A stretch of DNA of 58,635 nt, from IMG/VR virus record IMGVR_UViG_3300030380_002200, positions 1-58,635 of that record, one strand, 5' to 3'. Shown here piece after piece: positions 28,873 through 35,108 of this stretch (the first letter of the stretch is position 1; every line of letters starts with the position of its first letter). The notes below the pieces were generated by a model. It saw only the letters and a program-made list of their open reading frames with translations. It made no database searches and was not told the origin of the DNA. The stretch is from a virus. Lineage: Duplodnaviria > Caudoviricetes. The position numbers were made by a program, and so were the translations under genes.

Positions 28873-29105
28873 TCTACTATTTGGTTATGAATCTCAATAG
28901 TAGAATGCTCTGCTTCGTCCCGCCATAGGCGGGCGGTCTGAATACATCGCGTGTGTCTGACCTCGTCAGGTCGTTCGCCACCATGCATGAGGGTAACCTT
29001 GAACTTCTCTGCCTGTGCCATCTCTTTGCGCAAGCGGAAGATGGTGTCGGACTGCTCGTCCAATCTTTCAACCATCCGTGCTATTGTGTTTGTAACGTCG
29101 CTCAT
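28869..29105 (-). CDS. Hypothetical early protein
   Basis: 78 aa, preceded by an AAAACTCAATTCAA leader. Confidence 0.65.
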   Translation of the reverse strand: MSDVTNTIARMVERLDEQSDTIFRLRKEMAQAEKFKVTLMHGGERPDEVRHTRCIQTARLWRDEAEHSTIEIHNQIVE

Positions 29106-29121
29106 TTGAATTGAGTTTTGT

Positions 29122-29137
29122 GTGTCCTCAAGGACAC
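29122..29137. repeat. 16-bp palindrome copy 8 (intergenic)
   Basis: GTGTCCTCAAGGACAC. Confidence 0.95.
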
Positions 29138-29143
29138 GGGTTA

Positions 29144-29216
29144 GCGGTGTGGGGGGAATCGAACCCCCGAGGATAACGGCTCCGTAGATAACCGACCCCT
29201 CCTTCCAAGCACACCT
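29144..29216 (-). ncRNA. tRNA-like element (intact acceptor stem and T arm, degenerate D and anticodon arms)
   Basis: 73 nt; GGTGTG/CACACC stem, GGGGG-TTCGATT-CCCCC T arm; A14, G15, G18, G19, C48 and T54-T55-C56-G57-A58 fall at canonical positions. Confidence 0.65.
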
Positions 29217-29245
29217 GTGGTCTACATCCTTTACTTGTTTACCAC

Positions 29246-29506
29246 TTACTTGTCGTTCGCTTCCTCGTACAGGCGGTCAGCCCGTGACATGAAGTCCTCC
29301 TCCTCATTGGTGATGGTGAGGTCGGAGTCCTCCAACTCAGCGTACACGCCACCGAGATTCTCGATGGCTTTCTGCACGTCAGCTACTGCTTCCTGCTCAA
29401 GTGTGCTTTGGTCGGCACACCCATGGTCGGTGTACGTCACTCGCACACTGACCCATACCTCACCCGTGAAGGTGGGAATTACATAGTCGTCGTTTGGATT
29501 ACTCAT
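29246..29506 (-). CDS. Small acidic early protein
   Basis: Start reassigned to ATG 29506 (MSNPNDD); strongly D/E-rich. Confidence 0.6.
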   Translation of the reverse strand: MSNPNDDYVIPTFTGEVWVSVRVTYTDHGCADQSTLEQEAVADVQKAIENLGGVYAELEDSDLTITNEEEDFMSRADRLYEEANDK

Positions 29507-30605
29507 GGTCGTTGAATTTGAATACATCCTCGATGGTGTCGCTGATGTCGATTAGGTCTTTCTCTGCGTACCATGTATCGCACTCGCCGCAATGGTAGTT
29601 GTTGAACCCGTCGTACTCCACGTCAGCGAAGCACGTTGGGCAGACATGGCCGTCGTCGGGGAAATCGCAGTCAGCCAACTCGAAGCAGTCGGTGACTTCG
29701 TACTCGCGCTCGAACTCGATGGTCTGTTGGAACGGCTCCGCACGTTGCGGCAACACACGTTCGTATGACTTGTGATGCTCCTTGCCCTCGATGTTGACGT
29801 CGTTGAAGTACACCCATGCCGTGACAATCCTACGGCCCTTGTCCAACACGACAGGCACTTGCTCTCGGACGTACCAACGTGGGTGGCCCTCAAGCCCGTC
29901 GAGGTCAGCGAAGGTCTCGTCGTCAACGCGGAACACATCCACCTCAACGTGATGCCCGATACCCTGTTTGGGGGATAGGAACGGGAGGCCGTCGATGATG
30001 AGCGGGTATTTCTCTGCTGTGACTGCGCTACCCATGTAGATGGACTGACCCTGCAAGTGTCTCGCGTAGTTCCCATGCCCGCGCTTCAACGTGCCGTACA
30101 CAGCGACCACGTTGTCGCGAAAGATATTGGTCTTGCTGTACCACACACCATCCTTGTACGTGAACAGGTCGCGATTGTAAATCTGAAACGACTTGTGCTT
30201 GGTGTTGATGGACACGAAGCGAACGGCCTTGAACTTGGACAGGAACTTCTTCCATGACTTGCGTGGCATATCACCGAGTTTGTTGGCGATGTCCTGCGTA
30301 TCGGTCATGTCCTTGTTGCCGTATCCGTTGACCGTGCCGTTCATCATGAACAGTTCGTCGGCGTTCTTGCCACATACGAACGGGTGGGTGTTCTCCTTGC
30401 AGACCTTGCCGATGGTGGCGTACCTGAAGTGAGCAATGAACGGACGCTCGGTGTCGAGGATAGCGTACTCGCTTGACTTGAAGTAGTCCGTCTTGAAGGT
30501 GTCGAGCCACGTCACACCGAGGCCGTGAGGGTTGACGATGGAGGCGTTCTCCAACGTCTGCATAGCAATCTTGTTCTGCTTCTGCTTGATGATGATTACA
30601 CACAT
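29499..30605 (-). CDS. Class II (Ntn) glutamine amidotransferase fused to a gamma-glutamylcyclotransferase (AIG2-like) domain and a Zn ribbon
   Basis: Cys2 (MCVII), NPHGLG, IAHFRYATIG, NTHPF, MNG; VAVYGTLKRG...LDGLEG..Y.R (GGCT); CPTC...CGEC. Confidence 0.85.
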   Translation of the reverse strand: MCVIIIKQKQNKIAMQTLENASIVNPHGLGVTWLDTFKTDYFKSSEYAILDTERPFIAHFRYATIGKVCKENTHPFVCGKNADELFMMNGTVNGYGNKDMTDTQDIANKLGDMPRKSWKKFLSKFKAVRFVSINTKHKSFQIYNRDLFTYKDGVWYSKTNIFRDNVVAVYGTLKRGHGNYARHLQGQSIYMGSAVTAEKYPLIIDGLPFLSPKQGIGHHVEVDVFRVDDETFADLDGLEGHPRWYVREQVPVVLDKGRRIVTAWVYFNDVNIEGKEHHKSYERVLPQRAEPFQQTIEFEREYEVTDCFELADCDFPDDGHVCPTCFADVEYDGFNNYHCGECDTWYAEKDLIDISDTIEDVFKFNDHE

Positions 30606-30627
30606 TTGAGTTGAGATTAGAAGGGGC

Positions 30628-30643
30628 GTGTCCTTGAAGACAC
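30628..30643. repeat. 16-bp palindrome copy 9 (intergenic, stem extended by GGGG/CCCC flanks)
   Basis: GTGTCCTTGAAGACAC, between the promoter at 30670 and the GATase start. Confidence 0.95.
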
Positions 30644-30669
30644 ACCCCCTCGGTTAGACAAGTATTGGA

Positions 30670-30701
30670 CAAAGATAAAACAAAAGTTCTACTCTTCCAA
30701 A
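30670..30701 (-). promoter_or_regulatory. Bacteroidota sigma70 promoter, TTTG-N20-TATCTTTG
   Basis: CAAAGATA at 30670 and CAAA at 30698. Confidence 0.8.
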
Positions 30702-30898
30702 TCTTTTTTTGCTTGCTCGATTACATCTTCGAGGTAGAGCTTGTCGTCTACGATGCGTTCGCAGTATCGTATCAGGTTGGCGAGACCCTGAACTTCGTAT
30801 TGACTCAGGTCGGTGGTCTCTCCGTTGGCGATTGCTTCGACACAATCGTCAAGGTCGCGGGCCGTGTTTTCGAAACGGCAGTATGACATATTAGGCAT
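30689..30898 (-). CDS. Hypothetical early protein
   Basis: 69 aa beginning MPNMSYCRFENTARDLDDC. Confidence 0.7.
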   Translation of the reverse strand: MPNMSYCRFENTARDLDDCVEAIANGETTDLSQYEVQGLANLIRYCERIVDDKLYLEDVIEQAKKDLEE

Positions 30899-30901
30899 GA
30901 C

Positions 30902-31096
30902 TTATGAATTAGAGTTGAGTTCCATTTCCTTCCATTGGTCGAGACTGCGCCACCCTGTGCGGGAGAACAGGATGCATTCCAATGAGTAGAGGTTTGTTCC
31001 GTTGATGCTACACACGAGGGCAATCTCCTCCTCGTTGCATACTCCGTACTCGACCATCAGGTCGTAGAGTTCGATGTACTTCTTGTCGTTGCTCAT
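30902..31096 (-). CDS. Hypothetical early protein
   Basis: 64 aa. Confidence 0.65.
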   Translation of the reverse strand: MSNDKKYIELYDLMVEYGVCNEEEIALVCSINGTNLYSLECILFSRTGWRSLDQWKEMELNSNS

Positions 31097-31104
31097 GATT
31101 GGTT

Positions 31105-31236
31105 CTACTTTATTAGTTTTTCTAATTGTTCTAAAACGATGTCCAACATCTCTCCGTCAGAGATATAGTTCTCTCCTTCTTCTGAGTGCTTTGGTTTTTT
31201 GGCGTACTCAATCAACCCTTTGATTTGTTCTTTCAT
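31105..31236 (-). CDS. Hypothetical early protein (43 aa)
   Basis: Start reassigned to ATG 31236 (MKEQIK), ATGA-coupled. Confidence 0.55.
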   Translation of the reverse strand: MKEQIKGLIEYAKKPKHSEEGENYISDGEMLDIVLEQLEKLIK

Positions 31237-31445
31237 GACTTCTCTTCTTTGATGTAGCCCAACAACAGGCCAAGTGAAACGATGGTGATGCTTCCTCCCA
31301 TCAGGGAGACGATGATGGCCGCGATGATGCTGTGACCTTGGTATGCATTGCAGTTGGCAATGACTGACCACACGAGCGCGATGCCCATGCAGAGGGTGCA
31401 ACACGCCATGAACATGGACGTTGCGATGTACTTAAACTTTTTCAT
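31233..31445 (-). CDS. Small two-TM membrane protein
   Basis: 70 aa with two hydrophobic segments; AAACTCAACTCAA leader. Confidence 0.65.
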   Translation of the reverse strand: MKKFKYIATSMFMACCTLCMGIALVWSVIANCNAYQGHSIIAAIIVSLMGGSITIVSLGLLLGYIKEEKS

Positions 31446-31460
31446 TTGAGTTGAGTTTGT

Positions 31461-31476
31461 GTGTCCTTGAGGACAC
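31461..31476. repeat. 16-bp palindrome copy 10 (intergenic)
   Basis: GTGTCCTTGAGGACAC. Confidence 0.95.
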
Positions 31477-31484
31477 AGGGTTAA

Positions 31485-31757
31485 TTACTTGAGCATTGCG
31501 ATGACCTTGACCTCGACACATTCAGACATGAGGCGAGTGAACTCGCACACGCAGATGTAGCGTTCGCTTGACGTACATTCATACTCGATGCTGACGAGGT
31601 TGTCTCCGTACTCCTCCTGTGCCGCGACGTAGTAGTCGTGGTGTTCCTGTTCAATGATGCTCTCCTCGGAGGCAGAGAGGTGAGACGTGTCCCCGTTGAA
31701 GATGGTGGGGAGGAACTGCTGACCGATGGTCAGGTCTAAAAAATGATGTGCTTTCAT
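31485..31757 (-). CDS. Hypothetical early protein
   Basis: Start reassigned to ATG 31757 (MKAHH), downstream of a promoter. Confidence 0.6.
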   Translation of the reverse strand: MKAHHFLDLTIGQQFLPTIFNGDTSHLSASEESIIEQEHHDYYVAAQEEYGDNLVSIEYECTSSERYICVCEFTRLMSECVEVKVIAMLK

Positions 31758-31772
31758 TGTGTTTGATTTAGA

Positions 31773-31804
31773 CAAAGATAAGACAAGAATTGTACACTTC
31801 CAAA
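31773..31804 (-). promoter_or_regulatory. Bacteroidota sigma70 promoter, TTTG-N20-TATCTTTG
   Basis: CAAAGATA at 31773 and CAAA at 31801. Confidence 0.8.
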
Positions 31805-31805
31805 T

Positions 31806-31973
31806 TTATTTTGGGGTGATGAAAATTTCATCGAACGTCCAACCTTGGTTGCGCTCCATGTATGCAACGTAGTTGTCGATGTGGCTCTGCCCGCTCCACA
31901 ATTTCGTGACATGGCGCACACTACCAAGTCCCGTTTGGAACTTGATGGTGGCGTGGATGCGTGACTGACTCAT
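31806..31973 (-). CDS. Hypothetical early protein (55 aa)
   Basis: Start reassigned to ATG 31973 (MSQSRIH), ATGA-coupled. Confidence 0.55.
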   Translation of the reverse strand: MSQSRIHATIKFQTGLGSVRHVTKLWSGQSHIDNYVAYMERNQGWTFDEIFITPK

Positions 31974-32149
31974 GGCGTTTGGTTGAGGATGTTTTCGAGT
32001 TGGCATTCTTCCTGCTCAAGCAGACGAATCTCTGCACGGATGTCAAGGATGCGTTGCTTTGTATCCTCCAACAGCTTGGCCTTCGTGGAGTGCATTGCTT
32101 CCCATGCAACCTGTAACGGGGACTTCAGCGTGTTCTGTGGATTTGACAT
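31970..32149 (-). CDS. Small coiled-coil early protein (59 aa)
   Basis: Start reassigned to ATG 32149 (MSNPQNT); the longer track ORF runs through the ribozyme. Confidence 0.6.
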   Translation of the reverse strand: MSNPQNTLKSPLQVAWEAMHSTKAKLLEDTKQRILDIRAEIRLLEQEECQLENILNQTP

Positions 32150-32190
32150 GATGTTGTTGGCGGTAGGTGCGCCACCCATTTGTGTGAGTT

Positions 32191-32241
32191 TCCGTTTCGA
32201 CCTTTCGGTCTCATCAGCATCGGTACACACCGATGGACGGA
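32191..32241 (-). ncRNA. Hammerhead ribozyme, type III
   Basis: Minus strand UCCGUC^CAUCGGU-GUGU-ACCGAUG CUGAUGA GACC-GAAA-GGUC GAA ACGGA: complete catalytic core and three perfect stems; predicted cleavage between 32236 and 32235. Confidence 0.93.
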
Positions 32242-32247
32242 GGGAGC

Positions 32248-32263
32248 GTGTCCTTGAGGACAC
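32248..32263. repeat. 16-bp palindrome copy 11 (intergenic, stem extended by GGGAG/CTCCC)
   Basis: GTGTCCTTGAGGACAC, 6 nt 5' of the hammerhead on the minus strand. Confidence 0.95.
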
Positions 32264-32277
32264 GACTCCCGTTCGCC

Positions 32278-33192
32278 TCACCACCCGTGGCGGGTCAGGT
32301 CTCTGTCCCACCTGTCGGTCATGTTGCGGTGTGGGTCAATCCACGCGATGGTCTCGCGGTTGATTTGCCCTGTGCGGAGCATCTTGTTGAAGGCTTCCGA
32401 CAGCGTCAGAATCTCGGTGACCTTCACCTCGTCGTGGCCGTACATGGAACTCACGATGGGCGTGACGGCCTTGAGGAACGTCTTGAACGATGCGTTCGGG
32501 CGGTTGACAGCGAAGTCGAGCATCATGTAACACAACTCGTAGCGACGCATCATCTGCTTCACACCTGTGATGCGCGATGGCAAGCGGAACTCAACTCGGT
32601 CGCCCTTGCGGAGGCAGACTTGGTAGCGTCCTGCGTTGGTCTCCACGTCCATGAATGGGTTGCTTCGGCAGTAGCCGTTGCCCAACCGACGACGGAACAG
32701 GGAGAGCATGACCCCGCTGAACTTCTTCAAGCGGTTCATCAACTCCTCACCTTCCATGCCGTCCACAGCCAAGGTGATGTGCCCACCACAGCGGTGGTCG
32801 CTTGGGCTGTGGCTGTCCTCGATGATGCGCTTTGCCTCGTACATCATGTTGAAGACCTTGTTGCGCCATTCGCCCTTGGGGAGCAGGGGCAAGATGTGGG
32901 TGATGGCTTCGTAGCCACATGAGCCGTCACGCTCGAACCCTGCGAACAGAGCGTACTCGGTGACTGCGCCACGGCTGAAGCGAGACTTCTCAACCTCGAA
33001 GCCAATGGTGAACCTGCTGTTCACGTTGCCGTTCTCGAACTCGATGACGTTGCGCTTCTGCGCAGACTTCAGCGTTGCGATGTCTCCCTTCTTGGCTCCC
33101 ATGCCAAGGTGCTTGGGAGATGGAGAGCCGTGGTAGCGGACAACGCGGTTGCGGTTGTAGTCGCCTGTGGTGGTGTATTGGATAGTGTCCAT
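32278..33192 (-). CDS. Putative amidoligase (COOH-NH2 ligase, glutamine-synthetase-like fold)
   Basis: FTIGFEVE, ERDGSC, YEAIT, CGGHIT, RY, VEFRL motifs; start reassigned to ATG 33192. Confidence 0.8.
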   Translation of the reverse strand: MDTIQYTTTGDYNRNRVVRYHGSPSPKHLGMGAKKGDIATLKSAQKRNVIEFENGNVNSRFTIGFEVEKSRFSRGAVTEYALFAGFERDGSCGYEAITHILPLLPKGEWRNKVFNMMYEAKRIIEDSHSPSDHRCGGHITLAVDGMEGEELMNRLKKFSGVMLSLFRRRLGNGYCRSNPFMDVETNAGRYQVCLRKGDRVEFRLPSRITGVKQMMRRYELCYMMLDFAVNRPNASFKTFLKAVTPIVSSMYGHDEVKVTEILTLSEAFNKMLRTGQINRETIAWIDPHRNMTDRWDRDLTRHGW

Positions 33193-33209
33193 GGTGTTGA
33201 GTTTTAGGT

Positions 33210-33225
33210 GTGTCCTTGAAGACAC
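33210..33225. repeat. 16-bp palindrome copy 12 (intergenic)
   Basis: GTGTCCTTGAAGACAC, between the stop at 33229 and the amidoligase start. Confidence 0.95.
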
Positions 33226-33228
33226 GGG

Positions 33229-33897
33229 TTAGAGTTGGTGGTTAGAGTCAGCCGCACCAATCAGGTTCTGCATGGTTGCAATGGCCGAGAGAATCTCCGC
33301 TCGGCTGTTGGTGGTGTGCTGTCCGCCATTGGCATCGAGCCTCCATGAGACGTTGGATGCTCCGTCAACCTTCATGGTGAAGGTTGAGATGGTATCAACC
33401 TGCTCGGTGCGCGTCTCCACGTCTGTCTCCTCGACAGCCTGTTCGATGGCTTCAGTCACCTGCTCCTCGGTTGCGTCTTCAGGCAACTCGGACAGGTCAA
33501 TGTCACGACCGAACTTGTCGAGGTTGGCGATGGTACGCATCGCTTGGTCTCCTGCTTCGTCGCACTTGCGGTTGAACGCGGCAATGACTCGTGGGTCAAG
33601 TGAGCCACAGCGACGAACCTTGTGGAAGTACGACTTGCCCCAACCGAAGACCTTCTTGGAGAAATCCTCTGTTGTCCATGACAAGCCTTGCTCATCGAAG
33701 GCCAACTTGCCTTCGTCGCTGTTGAACCATGCGTATGCGTTCACAACGTGAACCGAGAGAGCCATGCTGTGCTCGAACTTGCGCTTCTGTGCGTTGTCTA
33801 CGTTGCGCTGTCCGCGACGGATGTCGGTGAGGTTCAACGCTGTCTTCACTTGTGGGATGTTGAGGAAATCCCGTTCCATTTGATTGAGAATGCTCAT
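33229..33897 (-). CDS. First gene of the early arm; hypothetical, with a possible HTH-like segment and an acidic linker
   Basis: 222 aa; TTEDFSKKVFGWGKSYFHKVRRCG is helix-turn-helix-like; E/D-rich middle region. Confidence 0.65.
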   Translation of the reverse strand: MSILNQMERDFLNIPQVKTALNLTDIRRGQRNVDNAQKRKFEHSMALSVHVVNAYAWFNSDEGKLAFDEQGLSWTTEDFSKKVFGWGKSYFHKVRRCGSLDPRVIAAFNRKCDEAGDQAMRTIANLDKFGRDIDLSELPEDATEEQVTEAIEQAVEETDVETRTEQVDTISTFTMKVDGASNVSWRLDANGGQHTTNSRAEILSAIATMQNLIGAADSNHQL

Positions 33898-33899
33898 TT

Positions 33900-34428
33900 T
33901 ACTGAGTTTTTGAGGTTTAATTTGCTGATTTTCAGCGAGTTAGAGTCATTTTGGCGGGCATTTGGCTACCGCCGATGGTGCAATATACGACTATTTCTTG
34001 TCTAATTCGACACAGCAGGCACACTTTCTTCGTTTTCCCTGCCATTCGTTTGGGGTTGGGGAGGACGGGACAGGGGCTGTGCCTTCCCTCTCTCCATGTG
34101 AATGGGGGAAGGTCTGAACGGGGGAAGGTCAGCGTGTCTTCAAGGACACAGGCACAGGTTCGGTTTGGTCACAGGAGCGGAGCGGAGCAGGACGGGAGGA
34201 TGGGCGCGGACGGACGGCAGACCGACAGCGCACGACAGCGGGACGGGAGCGGGAGCAGGGACGGCAGGCCCACCACAGCAGGACGGCCACAGCAAAACGG
34301 CAAAAAATCAGGACAGCACCGAGCGGGACAGACCCCCCCTATGCGCGGCAGGTCGGTTTCGGACAGCGGGCGGCGGCGCGTACGGCCTACATAACCCAAA
34401 CACTGAAAACACCTACTGTAAAAAATTG
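33900..34428. other. Non-coding divergence region between the arms (candidate genome terminus/packaging region)
   Basis: GC-rich, T-poor plus strand with about 20 ACRG(C/G) repeats, a G-tract cluster at 34052..34076 and a GGGGGAAGGTC direct repeat (34104, 34120). Confidence 0.55.
34134..34149. repeat. 16-bp palindrome copy 13
   Basis: GTGTCTTCAAGGACAC. Confidence 0.95.
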
Positions 34429-34436
34429 TACCTTTG
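34429..34436 (+). promoter_or_regulatory. -7 promoter element (TACCTTTG)
   Basis: 4 nt before ATG 34441. Confidence 0.6.
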
Positions 34437-34440
34437 CCTT

Positions 34441-34575
34441 ATGAGCATCATCATAGAGAACAGGCTCACTATTGGCTTTGCTCTTGGGTTCGCTTACTAC
34501 GGGCCTGACAGCGAATATGATTATCACGAGCTAACTCTCTATCTCGGTCTCATCAGTGTAATTTTCAAAACCTAA
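34441..34575 (+). CDS. Small hydrophobic protein (44 aa)
   Basis: MSIIIENRLTIGFALGFAYYGPDSEYDYHELTLYLGLISVIFKT; start reassigned. Confidence 0.6.
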   Translation: MSIIIENRLTIGFALGFAYYGPDSEYDYHELTLYLGLISVIFKT

Positions 34576-34578
34576 CAC

Positions 34579-34752
34579 ATGGATAAGTTTGGATGGCAAA
34601 GACCGGAAATCGAACCCTCAATGACGGGGCTTCAGAAAGCATGCTCAATGAACAAGATGCGCAAGCGTGCAGAAAAGGTGGATGCAATTGCAGCGGGCAA
34701 TGTACTTGCCAAGCAGCAGGAAGAGATGATGAGTAAACTTCGCATCAAGTAA
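34579..34752 (+). CDS. Hypothetical protein (57 aa), not in the ORF track
   Basis: MDKFGWQRPEIEPSMTGLQKACSMNKMRKRAEK...; followed by a terminator. Confidence 0.6.
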   Translation: MDKFGWQRPEIEPSMTGLQKACSMNKMRKRAEKVDAIAAGNVLAKQQEEMMSKLRIK

Positions 34753-34774
34753 CTCATCTGTTTTGGTTAAGCAG

Positions 34775-34801
34775 AAGGGGGACGCGAGTCCCCCTTTTTT
34801 T
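34775..34801 (+). terminator. Rho-independent terminator
   Basis: GGGGGAC-GCGA-GTCCCCC followed by T7. Confidence 0.85.
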
Positions 34802-34802
34802 G

Positions 34803-34876
34803 TACTCCCTATAGGATTCGAACCTATGACCCACAGCTTAGAAGGCTGTTGCTCTATCCAACTGAGCTAAGGGAGC
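34803..34876 (-). tRNA. tRNA-Arg (anticodon TCT)
   Basis: GCTCCCTTAGCTCAGTTGGATAGAGCA ACAGC-CTTCTAA-GCTGT GGGTC ATAGG-TTCGAAT-CCTAT AGGGAGTA; full cloverleaf, CCA not encoded. Confidence 0.95.
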
Positions 34877-34877
34877 A

Positions 34878-35044
34878 TGCTGATTGATGTCGTTTCTCTG
34901 TCGTTCTCTGTCGATATTCTCTTACTAACTTATTGATTTATAGTAGGATGTCGATAATGCCGAAAAATGAAGCGATTTTTCTTAGGGCAGAATAATAGAT
35001 ACTACTACTACTACTACTACTAATAGGGGGAAAGATTTTCGGCA
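34878..35044. other. Putative replication origin B (same architecture as origin A)
   Basis: TGYYGW at 34878, 34888, 34899 and 34909; AT-rich spacer; GATGTCGATAATGCCGA at 34947; (TAC)7 at 35000..35022; inverted TCGGCA at 35039. Confidence 0.5.
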
Positions 35045-35077
35045 GACCTTTTCTTGGAGCAAGGATACAGTTTTCTT

Positions 35078-35085
35078 TATCTTTG
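35078..35085 (+). promoter_or_regulatory. -7 promoter element (TATCTTTG) for groEL
   Basis: Consensus match 23 nt upstream of the ATG. Confidence 0.65.
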
Positions 35086-35108
35086 ACCAACAAAAAATCC
35101 ACTCTTAA

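Noticed and set aside
29180-29195. CTA in the alternative hairpin loop of the tRNA-like element, as an amber suppressor or sign of TAG recoding
   Set aside because: The loop is 8 nt and non-canonical. Genes are full length in the standard code, and some plausible genes end in TAG.
26525-34149. Palindromic repeats read as a CRISPR array or integron attC sites
   Set aside because: The repeats are only 16 bp, 0.8-1.5 kb apart and separated by whole genes. There are no cas genes, no tyrosine integrase and no attC-type R boxes.
33688-34440. ORF-track entries across the GC-rich divergence region (33688..34005, 33951..34394, 34169..34399, 5' part of 34102..34575)
   Set aside because: These are low-complexity translations of a repeat-rich region that lacks stops because of its base bias. 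Only 34441..34575 has a promoter and a plausible protein.
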